Assembly (NCBI GenBank): GCA_046563655.1
Contig: CM102287.1
Coordinates: forward strand, 8,246,001 to 8,310,000
Direction: 5' to 3'
DNA from: Yuukianura sp. NJ FZ-2021
Taxonomy: Eukaryota
Length of the DNA stretch: 64,000 nucleotides
In this document: positions 44,401-56,300 of the stretch, one piece after another
How positions within the stretch are numbered: the stretch's first letter is position 1
Layout of the letters: the number at the start of each line of letters is the position of its first letter
Notes under the pieces: model-generated
Databases searched by the model: none
Seen by the model: only the letters and a program-made list of their open reading frames with translations
What the model was told of the DNA's origin: nothing
Program-made: the position numbers and the translations under genes

Positions 44401-45256
44401 GGCATGCAATTGTTGATCGTTCTGTCGGAAACAACAAAGGAACTTTCCTAACCCTCAGGAAAAGAAAAACATGAAATGTCAATCTGTCCTGTCAAAAGTT
44501 GTAAGATCGATTAGTCTTTCGCTCCTTCAGTAGTCCGCGACTGGCCAACATAATGTAAAAAGTCTAGCGACGAAGTTTATTGTTGGAGTTGGCTCATTGT
44601 GATGTCCACAATAATGTTGAAGTTAAATTCAATTACCAGTTTAATTGTTGTTTTGTGCCTAATGAAACTGACACCTTATGACAGACTTTACTTCGCGACC
44701 GAAGAGCCTACTTAAATACAGTTACTAAAAAAATGTTACGATCGTAATAATTTCAGCAGAGCACTGAACAGAGTTAAACGAAATCTGTGAGGAAGATTAT
44801 GTTCTCCATAAAATTCGTGAATTACTAATTAAAACCTATTTGCCACTCGTGTTTTAAATCAGATTTTGGTGCAAACCGTGAGTTAGATTTGCATTTTAGT
44901 TTACGTTATGCTTTAACGTTAACGCCGAACGAAACGGTTTCTGGTAATGCACGATGAGATTGAATCTTAGCGTTTAGCTGCTCTCCGGTAGGTTTGCTTT
45001 CTGCTTTCTCTATTACATTCTCTAGGAACCCACTCGTCGTAGGACCATTTTGTTTTTCAAAATCCTATTTTCCATGACTTGTAATAAATTCTTAAGTAAC
45101 ACCGCATAAAATTTGGCGTAAAAAATGATACAAAATTCGGCAATAGCCAAACGTCATTTAGATTAGTAAGCTACAATGCATGGAAATATTTGCGGCCTAT
45201 TGAAAGCTATACTTTGAAACAGAACTAATTGTGTAATCTTTATTATTGACTCTCAC

Positions 45257-45675
45257 CTTGAGGAAGAACTGCTGTTGTGTTTGTTGATTAAGGTCGTAGA
45301 TTGTTCTTTAGTGTTACTGCTTTCACCAAATTGGAATTCAGGAATGGTCGTAGGGAGAAACACAATTTGGGTGTTTAAGAATCCTGAATCTTGAATCCTT
45401 GAAAGCGTCTTTTAGGAAGCACCTCCTCGAAATCATCCTAGTCTTCCAAGATCTGTAAAAGCAAGAAAACATGTCAAGTGGCTACTTTAAGGATTGGGTA
45501 GAAGACAATAAAATCTTTGGCGTTTCCCCCTTACCCTTCCTTTGCTTCTTCTTCATCTTCTACAACTCCACCTACAGACACGACACACGTCGGCGAAAGT
45601 TAGGCAAACAATAACATCAAGTAGGAACTCAGCGTCCGCGAGATGATGATTTCACGGTAAATGAAAATTGAAACT
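45257..45675 (-). other. Candidate spliced non-coding exons (distal Abd-B leader, lncRNA or GDA read-through)
   Basis: TTCAGTT Inr-like motif near 45675, donor AAGG|GTAAGG at 45535/45534, 82-nt intron, acceptor TTTTACAG| at 45453, 196-nt exon ending CAAG|GTGAGA at 45257. No long ORF. Confidence 0.4.
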
Positions 45676-46813
45676 GAACAGAATTGAAATTTTGTCTGGA
45701 ATTGACAATCTACCCCCTCCCTCAACAGTACTTGTCTAACCTGCTTTGTTTATTTTTCAAGTAACACAAGTAAATTCGTAAGCATGCTGCGTTATAAATT
45801 GTTTTAGAGCCCTTGTCATCTGGGATTTATGGCCCTTCATTGGGCAGACGACTCTCTCAATTTGCAAAAAATTCGCAGAATCCGTGCCTTCAAGGACATG
45901 AGTTAAGTGCTCAAATGGAGATGGAAGTGACCCTCTCAAGAATTGTCAACTTCCAGCTTGCATTCTCAAAAAGAAGCTTTTATTGCACCATAGCAAGAGG
46001 CCTGAGCAAGGGATTGAAGGTTTTGCAGAAAAGGAACTTGAAAATTTGCAAAAATTGGCAAATAGTAAAAATTTGTAATTTTTTGGCTGCCATCACCATG
46101 ATAGTTTCAAAAAAGTCGAAAAGTATTTTTACGAGCCGTCCATACAGTTTTGCTTTAGGCGGTAACCATCTCGCAGTCAAAACGAAAACTGTTCTAAAAA
46201 CTGAAACATTTTTTAGTACAGTAATTTGAAAATTTTAATGTTCCATGGGTGGTGGCAAATGCCAAATTTCATTTCCCTCGAAGCCAATTTTTGAAACACT
46301 TTTTGCAAAGTTTTACTATGTGGCTAATCTCAGCTTCCTTCTCTCCTAAAATCCAACGCATTCGGAACTTTTTTGAAACAGAATTTTTTGAAGTGGTTGT
46401 AAAAATCCGAGAGGGATGAAAAGGAAGGGTTCCTTGCCAATTTCTTTGCAACTTTTTGCAAACGCTAAAACATGGTACATCAATCTCTTCAAAGTTTTAT
46501 TACTCAACTGAAGCCACTTTTTAGTACTTTTTTGCCTGTCAGTAGTAAAACTCAAAATTTGCAATTTCAGAGTCTAATAACGTAGCTATTTTCTCCAACT
46601 GGAGTTCAAAAAAACTCAAATTCTAGAAATCTCTGACCTCCAGTGTCATAAACTATACGAATTATAAGTTTATGTTCTTGTCAGAGCAAAAATTTAGAAG
46701 AAGGATTTTTCCTTCTCTGTAAAATAAATTATAACTTTTGGAAAACAATGTTTTCCATTACACCTTTTCAAAAAGGCTAAAAATTTTGAAATAGGCGTGT
46801 TTTTCGGAAGTTT

Positions 46814-48835
46814 TTAAAATAATTTACACCACTTTCGTCCACTGAAGTGATTCACCTTCCGCCCCTCAACGTAGACTTCAACAATATTCCTTTGGTCTCC
46901 GAGCATAATAAATTTTTGAATTTTTTCCAAAGTTGTTTCACGATTTAAAAATGAAAATGGTGATCCAATTGAGGAGACGTTGATTCGCAGAGCATCGAAA
47001 CTTTTGCCAACTTGAAAATTTCCAATTTCTTTGTCCAAGCTCAGCGCTATTCAAAAAAATACAAATAGGAATGCTGTTAAAATTTTAAAATTGTTAGTTA
47101 ATGCAGTGGTCGAACCATTCTTACCCTCTGCTCCGCCAAGCGTTGCCAAATAAAATGAATCCTCAAACGTAAGCGGTTTGTTACTAAAATTGCTGATTCG
47201 AATAATTTTGGAAGTGAGAATCGCATGCCGCATCGCCTGAAGCATTGAAGTGCTAAATGCGGCTGAAACGTCTAAGTTTTTGAAAATTCGGACATTTGAT
47301 TTAGCAATTTTAGACTTTTCATAGAAAGTAGAAGTTCTTCATAAAGTAAGTTTTACTTGTTCCAAGCCCCACTTTGATCCCAACGCTCATCAGTTTTCTC
47401 ACTGGACATAGACCGCGCTCGTGACAAATGTTAGACGTGGAGCAGTGAGCCACTGAAGTTGCAGTGTCACGCAAAATTTCAATGTCAGCGTCTGTGACAT
47501 GGACACAGTGTGCCATAATGGACTAAAAATTAACGCAATTAGTTAACTGTTTTAAAAATATTAGTAGTGTTATGTGTAAACTTTATTGGCTAACCTTGTT
47601 CGTAAAAAGTCCCGATTTCTGATAAATCTCCATGTACGATTTGTATTGTGGAAATAATTCCAACACGCGTATGTTCTCCTCCTCTGATTCACAAAGGTGC
47701 GACTGCCAAATTGCCAGCCAGTTTTTCAAAACTCACGTTTTGTTCAAAATTCTAAATAGTTAATGTTAGTCACCTAACCTGAATACGAAGTCCGTGTTTG
47801 ACGGCAAGCTGCCCAAGCCCTTGCAGTAGTTCTTCAGTGCAAGCCAGCGGTGATTTTGGTGTGATTACAGCATGAAGTAACTTGCTCTGCAAAAAAAAAA
47901 GAGAAAGTATTGAAGATTCTGAAATTTTCTTCAAACTAGTCTGGATTTGTCCAAAAGCCATCATAGCGTGCCTTTCTGTCGCGAATATTTTTGATGAACT
48001 GTTCTGTCATGATGAGACACTCCGGTGTGTTTTCCAGAACTTGATCTTTAGGGTTGTCGCCGGCCGATTCCATGTTCATGCACACTTTGCCTATAAGTGC
48101 CCTTTGACCCAGCTCTTCACAAACGTCTGCCAAGATCTCACAAGATTCTCTGTACACTGAAGCGTAGTAGGTTGCCGTTGTAGTACCGCAGGTCAAAGTT
48201 GCTTTCTAAGATTGAAAAAGAGAGAATTCAGAATTTTGAAAAATAAAATCAGAGAGATACGAATGATCATCCTACGACAATGTCCGTGTAACTGCTCCTG
48301 GCCAAATTCGGATCTCGAAAATTGACCTCCGAATCCAAAGTAAACTTTTTCAGACACTGACGAAGTTCTTTCTCGGCTCCAAGGACTCCTAAACCAGCGT
48401 TCATGCACAGGGCAGCATGAACATGAACATCGACGAATCCAGGCATCAAGAATTCGCTGAAAATTTCAACAAATTATTTCAAAATTATGAAAATTCAACA
48501 AGAATAGGCACAAATGGAGTTCTTCTTATTAGATTAAGTTACGAGAAGCCGAGGGAATAAATCGCATCTCGTCCAAAATTGTGTTTTGACTTCAGGGCGT
48601 CCAAATTCTGTTTTACATCCACAAAGACGATCTTGGAGAAAGTAATTAGAAAAGGCAGATGAATTTTCACAAAAACATTTCCATTTTTTATTACTTTTTT
48701 GATACGTTTAAGAAATTTTACCTTCCCATGCTCAACTCCAATGACGCCATCTTTAACAATGACCAATGGATACTCGTCGCTTTCACTATGAGCATATGGA
48801 CCCACAAAAACGCGTAACTCCCCTGCGTCTCCCAT
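46814..48835 (-). CDS. GDA: Guanine deaminase-like amidohydrolase (cypin/GDA family, divergent active site), 9 exons, ~459 aa
   Basis: Exons (minus): 48835-48722, 48631-48543, 48456-48276, 48205-47972, 47886-47779, 47702-47595, 47522-47357, 47271-47125, 47046-46814. All introns are ~70-90 nt and phase-compatible; intron 4 needs a GC donor. Motifs: FLMPGFVDVHVHA, GTTTATYYA, GQRALIGKVCM, IQSHLCE, IMAHC, AHCxxSN, GIKVGLGT, FYLATLGGA, IGNFQVGKSFDAL, GDQRNIVEVYVEG. Confidence 0.88.
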
Positions 48836-49477
48836 GACGCTGGTTCAAGTGCTGCTGCTGCAAAACTGACGCTGTTTTTCTAAATTTTGTAGGAGATTCA
48901 ATTTGTGTTCGCTAGTAAACAGAATTCCTACAAAAAAAATGTCGGTGGAGACGCTTGGACACTTCTCCAGGACTTGTCAGTTTAGTTTTCCATTTCGGAT
49001 TCATTAGTGAAAGCCACAAAAACTTGTGGTTTTGGGCTCATGTCCCTCCAATTAAAATCAACTTTGAATCCTCAACAATAAAAATTAGGCCAATTTCAGT
49101 GTTGACCCCCGACACGTCACTACAGAATGTCTGACCACATCTGACTTTGTAATCAAGATTTCGTAAACTCAATGTAGAAAAAAATTCTTCAATTAAAAAA
49201 AAATCTCAACCTAAAAGAAGAAAAATTGAGTTGAAATTAAAATTAACTCGATGCCGTGTGAAAAATTAAAATTTTTAGTTAAGGTCAGCGTGTATGTAAT
49301 ACATAGATTGAATTATTTTAAACTTCAACTGGCGTCTGAACCTGCAATATAGTTTTTTTTTTTTTTCCAAAATTGTAAAATGATCAACAGTCAACATTTC
49401 AATTAATTTGTTGAAAAAAGTTCTCAAAAACGCATATTCAAAAGTTGCTCCAATTTCGATAAAGACTACTCTTTGCA

Positions 49478-50795
49478 ATTTTGCAAAAATCATCCGGAAA
49501 CTTTGTGTTCAATTTTTGAGTTTTTAACATTTTTAAAAATAATTCATGTCAATTGAATTTATATGCGAAGAAGTTAGCTCTCTATTGAATTCCTTCACCG
49601 AGATATGAATTTTCAGTTTTCGAGTTTTTCTATAAATTGCAAAAAAGATGACTGTCAAGTCTGAGCTTTTGCAATTTAATCAGAAACGTTTCTCTTTACA
49701 TTGCAAATGAATTCGAACACAAAGGCCCTTATTCCCAGTCGTGAATTTGGTAGATTTCAATTAGGCGATCGTACGGTGAGAAGAGGCAGGCTGCCCTTCG
49801 CTGCTGTCAATGAAAATTCGAGTCGCGGGAAAAAGTTGAAGGGAGGAAAAGGGGCAGGGAGCCTTTCTGACTCGTACGATCCCCGCATAGCTCCGGACAG
49901 TTTTCGAGAGGAACCATCAACTTCTCACAGCAATTCTTTTTCGAAAATTCAAAAAACCAAAAATTTTTGAAAATTCATATCTCTGGAACGAAACGTTCTA
50001 GAGATTTGATCTTTTCGCGAGTTAATGCAGAATAGTTTAAAGTATTTTGCAAAATTCAAAAACGTGCAAAAACGAAAAATTTTTTTTTTGCAAGTTTGCA
50101 GAAAATCTTTGCAGAATTTCAACCTCTTCGCGATTTCTTTGACCCCATTGGCCAGCTCACATTGCCAAACATCAATTCGCATAATTCGGAACAAGAATTT
50201 TGCACAAATTTTGCAATTTTTCAAAAATCGGCCAGAAACTTTGTGTTCGCTTTTTAAGTTTTTTTTTTCAAATTTTGAAAAATACTTTATGTAATTCTGA
50301 ATTTAATCGCGAAGAGATCAGCGCTCCAAAGCATTCTATTCCCAAGATGTGAACTTTCAAAGTTTTTTAAATTTTGAAATCGTTGTATGGAAATAAGTTT
50401 GAATGGAAGAAAAGTTTGGGGATTAATTCATACAAAAGTGATCACTTTTTCCCTCAACTTTTTCAGTTCCACATACAAATAGTCTCATCTTCCGTGTTTA
50501 GAAATTTTTAAAAATTGCAACTTTACAGTGATTTCTGCGACCCCGTCGGTCAGCTCACAGTGCAAAACAACATGTAGAGTAATTTGGTGCCAAAATTTTG
50601 TTGAAAAACGCATGAAAACGTTGATAAAATTACCATCTTTTTCGAAAATCGATTGAAATTTTTTTTGATTGTTTTCGAAGTTTTTGAAATTTAAAAAATA
50701 CTTTAGACTGTTCTGAATTTAGTAGCGAAGAGATGAGCTCTCAAACGCATTCCGTTTTTGAGATTTAGATTTTCAAAGTTTTAGAATTTCGGAGA
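49478..50795. repeat. Cluster of four degenerate copies of a ~150-180 bp AT-rich element (one inverted), MITE/foldback-like
   Basis: Shared core AAAATACTTT...CTGAATTT..GCGAAGAGAT.AGC.CTC....GAGAT.TGAA.TTTCAAA at ~49480-49630 (+), ~49940-50060 (-), ~50210-50385 (+) and ~50640-50795 (+). GACCCC.T.GG.CAGCTCACA.TGC.AAAC occurs at ~50141 and ~50539. Confidence 0.7.
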
Positions 50796-51808
50796 TAGAT
50801 TTTGTATTGTTTTGTTAAGGAAGCTGCTTGGAGCCGGCCTGAGTTGACAGGAGATTATGCGGACCAAAAAGGCTCCTCTCTCTCCCTCTAATTTTTCCCG
50901 CAACTCGCATCTCTTGCAGTGAACAAAGGACGGAGCCTATCTGCCTCTTCTCGCCGTACAATCTCCGATCTAAATTTCGACTCTCTCGAAGACGTCCCAT
51001 GTAAAACACTGTACAAAATTTATACTTTCAGCGATTTCTGCAACTACATCGCCCGGCTCAAGTTCCCAAACATCTTTTCGCATAATTTGGCATTAAAAAT
51101 TCGCAAAATAACTTCTTTTGTGAAATTATTTTATTTTTATTGTTCATTTAATTAGTCTTCTAGTGAATTCTAGTGAATTTCTTTAGCCTTTTCTTTTCAG
51201 TTCTTAGCTAGTTATGTGTAAAATCTGAACTAACTTATTAACTGTTGAGCATCTAACGTGGGTAAGTACTGGGCAATCACTTAAAGTACAAAATTCACTA
51301 GTTTAAGTAGATTACAAGCTACAGGTGTGATGTCCTTTGTTAACAGTCTTAAAATGTGTTGTCTTTTTAAAACAAATGTTCAAAATTTTAAAGTTTTTGC
51401 ATAGAAGGCATAAGAGATCTTCTGGATAAAGACATTGATAGGAATTAGCAACAGAGTTGTTAGGATGAGTGGCGGATTCTTTTGGGATGTGGAAGAAGGA
51501 AGATGATCTGTTGAAGATGCGTTTTCTACGGACGAGGGAGTCTGCATCTTCTGAAAAGAATCTTCATAAGCCTCAAGCTCTTCATCTTCTTCTGTCCAGA
51601 TTCAAGGCCAAGAAACCGCTTTTTCCTCCACGGGTTGACTGACTTTTATTTATTTTTTTCCCGAAGGAAGTTAGTCAGTTTCCATTGTACTTCAGCAGCA
51701 GACTCTCACAAAAGTTTAGCATCCGAACAACTGTAGAGCAGCTTTTGCATCTATAAGTCACACAATATAATACTTGCAAACAGAGTTTATATTAATTTTA
51801 AATAAAAA

Positions 51809-52606
51809 ATGTATAAGTTGATATTACTCTCAACGCTATTCAGTTTAGTTACCTCTACACAAAACTTCTTTTCCTTCAAGGTCAAGGACATTCAGGGTGA
51901 AGATGTGGATCTGTCGCAATATAAAGACAAGGTCAGTACAATTTTTAACAAACATCTTCATAATCATTGCGGTTTACTTACAACTTTGATGCTCTTTGAC
52001 CTTTAGGTGACGCTTCTCGTAAATACAGCCAGTCAGTGCTCCTTTACAGAAACGCAATTAAAATCGCTGAAGCGTCTTCATGACATTCTCTCTTACGGTG
52101 ATAAGTTCAATGTCCTCGTAGTTCCGTCCAACGATTTCGGCGACCAGGAACCCTGGGATGAGCCAGAAATTGAAGAGTACATTCGTGGTCACTTCAAAGC
52201 GGAGTTCCGCATACTGGCCAAGTCTCATGTCATTGGTGACGAGGCGACTGACCTCTGGAAATGGGTTGCAGGTAAACCTAAAAGCCAGAAATACAAATCA
52301 AATTCATCATTTCATGTTGTGGTTTCTTATAGTAGTTAAAAGTGTTTTACATCTTTGTTTGCAGAAACATCAGCTCCACCGAAGTGGAACTTTGACAAGT
52401 ACTTGATCAACCGTGACGGTGAAATTGTGGAGCATTGGCCTGGTGAATCCACTGTAGAATCCATTTTTACTACTATACAGAACTTGGTTGATGGGACTGC
52501 CAAGAAGCACAGTAATTCCGGTGGACCACAAACGACTTCCAAGCAGGATACCGATACCCACAAGGGCGAAAGTGACGAAGATCTCCCGGAAAAAGATGAG
52601 CTGTAA
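51809..52606 (+). CDS. Glutathione peroxidase, non-selenium ER type (GPx7/GPx8-like), 3 exons, ~209 aa
   Basis: Exons 51809-51931, 52007-52271 and 52365-52606, with GT-AG introns in frame. Hydrophobic N-terminal signal peptide (MYKLILLSTLFSLVTS), VNTASQC (Cys codon TGC, not TGA), PSNDFGDQEP, WNFDKYLI, C-terminal KDEL. Confidence 0.93.
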
Positions 52607-53368
52607 TTAGCGTCCACTGGAGTCAAAAACCATGTCTGTAAATCAAAAAAATATTAATTAGTAAAGGCTCTAATTTAAAAGTAATTTATAATTACCTTTC
52701 CTTCTAACTTATCTGACTGGCCTTCCTTCCTCCAGGGTTAGGACGGGGTATCGGTGTGAAAATCCACCTAAAATTTATTAAGTGGCTTTCCAATTTAGAA
52801 CATTTTCAGTATTTATTTTCATTTCGATCAATCAAAAAAATTTCCGTAAGTCGTATCACAAATTCCTTGGTGCAAAATAAATTACATTCTACAAATAAAT
52901 AATTGTAAGCTCTTAAAATTAAACTCTTGCGAATTGGCAATTAGAAGGCGAACCCATTTGGTGAAGAATATCGTGCGTGCGCTTTGACTCAGAGTCTATG
53001 AACGGTAAATACACAGAAAATAATCTCCTCTGGATAACCTAGTTTCGGTTCTGAACACGGGTACTAGTACTAAACTAGTTCATAAACGATTTCGTTCGTA
53101 GGCCTTTCGTTAAGAAAAACAGCTTAACATGGAATGAAACAAAGACATGGATAACTGGATTGCATAAGGGTAACTCAATGATAGTAAGAACAAGCTTAAA
53201 ACAAACAGCTAAGCATTCTAAGAAAATATGAAGACAAAATAGTAAACAAAGTCTCTGGTAAACTTCTGGTGACTTCAGCGTCCTAATCTTCTTCTTACAA
53301 AATTAGACTGCTACTGAACTTTTGAAGTCTAAAAGTTAGACTCACACTCAACCTAAACTAACAATCGC

Positions 53369-56300
53369 TTAACGACGAGAAGCCTCTTCCGTTAGAGGGT
53401 ACAACGCAGGAACATTTTTTATCAAGGCTTCCAGGACAGTCGTCCCCATCTTGACAGTGTTTAGAGAGATCTCCGTAGAACAAATGATGCTTGGAGTAAA
53501 GACAGAACTCAGATTGAACGGGGTCATTCTGTTCTGGTCGCTATTCTGACTCACACGGTACAAGTGCTGCAGAAGGTACTTTAGCGTCACTTGGTGACTC
53601 AGCGGCAACTTTCTCAAGCATCTCCTCAGTGTCTCCGTCGTGAGTGGTCCTACGAATACAAAACAAAAGGACTCCATTCATCTAAAAATTCACGACACAA
53701 CGGTGGATTTAAATTTTAAATCTGTGATTAAGCTACCTTTAGCAGTAAGGAATTTTTGAAACACTTCGGCAGTGACTAGGGGTTGAGGTAGGTGTCGTAA
53801 AAAGAGCTTCACTACGCAACAAATGGAATGTATGTCCAAATGGTGACTCAAATCGGCCAACTTCCTCTCTGAAAATCAATCAACAAAGGTTATGTTAGCA
53901 CTTTTCAGTATCAGAGCGTAGTTTTGTAATTAAATAGTATAAGTCAAGAGTGATGAGACAATCCTTCAACTTCATCAAAAAGCAAACCAAACTTAAGTAA
54001 ACAACATTCATCATCATTTTCATCATTCAACAACTATTACAACCTATTTCTATTTCCATTGTAGTCGCTAAAGTCTCATCAGGCTCTTGTCTCTAAAACA
54101 CTCCATTTTTGTTTCATCACTCTCAAATTTTAAATTCATCAGATGCGTAGGATTATAGTAATCACTGTTAACTACAACTCCAAATAATAATTCAAAAGGC
54201 TACTACGTAATAAGTAGTGATGAGTCGACAAATTCGAGGTCAAATGTACAGGGCTTCATCGTTCAAGTGTCACCAATCAAAATAAAATTTTGACTCGTGC
54301 CTTCTAGCTTTGCCTGGCTGAATAGTGTCACATCGTCTAACGTTCGTTATTTAGTTCAAATGTGCTTAGGAAACCATTTTACAAATTAGCACTTTCAGTG
54401 CCAAAATTGACGCCTTCGGTCCCAATCCGCACTTTGTAAGACAAACAAAAGATTATTGCAAACACGCATTTGACAACAGCTCAAAAGCAAATCTGTGAAT
54501 GTAGGTTTTGACTTCCTTCGTAAATTATTTATAAGTTCGCGTCACTTCATCAACAGTCATTGAGCTCCTAGGCGTCTTTGTATCTACTTTTTCAACACAT
54601 CTTTCAAAACTTCGCTTCAGTAAAAAAAAAATTCTGCACACCTTTTTCAAGAAGCGTTTTCAGACGCTCAATTAGCTCTTTAGAGCCAGAAACACGATAA
54701 ATTCCTTCCACAGCCATTCCCCTCTTCTCGATTTCCGTAATACACTTTACAAGAACAAAGGGCGGATGGCCCTTGGCAGCCTTCACAAGCAAGGTCAAGT
54801 CCTCTCCAAAAATACGACTAAGCGACTCCAGTCTTGGCTCACATTCGCAGTGGACTCTCTCCAGGCAAGATTCGTGCACATTGAACTTGCAATCTGTCAA
54901 AGTCAAACATTGCTTGGAATTATTAGCCATTCGATTGAATGTATAGATTCAATAGTAACGCAGAGATATCATTCATTGTTCTCTTACCCACACACTGAAG
55001 TCCTTGGCAAGACAATCCCCATAGAAAATTCTGACAGATTTGACAAGTGGATAAGCCTTGGAAAGTGTGGATCTGGAAGGAGTGGGACTTCAGGTCCAAT
55101 TTCTTTCGCCTCTCCTGAAAAATACATTAACAAAAATTATACACCTTCAAGTCAAAGAGGTCACGTACACCGATTGTTCCTCTCATCCCACTTCACTTTA
55201 CTAAGCAAAGACACAATGGAGAGCCAAGGTCAATCATTTCCAGCCCTCCAGAATTTTCCAACCTTCAATTGGTTCCGCTTACATCCTCATTTCCATTAAT
55301 AATGCATTAAGTCTCAGCACGATTCAATTATTGCCGTTGTTCTCATCATTCTTTCTATGAAAAATGCAGCAGCAGCGCAGCGTTAAGATATTATTTGCTG
55401 CACCCGCATCATCCATCCTGATCATAAAACTTTTCAAACGCACGAGAAAAACCCTGGGTGTTTTTCACTTAAAGTCTTGAGCTCTAGCCTTAAGTCTAGG
55501 CACAGGAAAGCAAAGTGGACCTTGATTTATGAGTACAAGGGGGCATTAAGGTCCTTTGGAAGAACAAATTGAAAACAACAGAAAAAACAGACAGAAAAAA
55601 AAACAATAGACAGAAGAAGATCAGAAAACGAAAAAAAAAGTTGTACTTGTAAGTCCAAGTTATGTTTTCCGGGAGGAATTCAAGTAAAGTCATAGTTAAG
55701 ACAAATTGACAGACTAGGAAGCAAGAATCATACAAACGAGAATCATGTTGTCAGTTACAACTTGTAACGCTATAAGTAGTAAAACACACAAACATAAAAA
55801 TACAAAGCACACGTCTAAAAATACTACTCAAAAATGAAATGAATAGCAAAAAACAATTAGGCAAAGTGAATGAATGCTAATGAAACCTTAAACCAAAAAA
55901 TGGCATCCATATCTCATTAGTTTGCCAAAAACCAAGGATAGGACCTTCCGTTTTTGAAATGTTTGTCAGTTATTTTGAACTTTCGTCAAAACTACTTCCC
56001 TCATCTCTTTCCTTCCAAGGCGAAAACAAGTTCGTTAAAAATGTTTTAGCACAACTTGACAAGTTCAAAAACTACTCCCTAAAAATCCAACAATAATATC
56101 AAAAGTTCACTGAAAAAAAGGTTTAACATGAGTACAGAAGGCGTAAACGAGACTGAATACACCCGGCGTCTCAACAACTTCAACTTTTTTCTTTGGTCGT
56201 GCTTCGTGCACAACCGTAAATAAAACTTAAGCGTTCATACTTCTCAAGTACAAGGCGGGTCTTTGCAGCAACCGATTACAATGTGACAAAGTCATGCTCT

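Noticed and set aside
52037..52039. Selenocysteine in the GPx
   Set aside because: The active-site codon is TGC (Cys), not TGA.
54766..55299. 177-aa plus-strand ORF
   Set aside because: Antisense shadow of the chimaerin C1/GAP exons.
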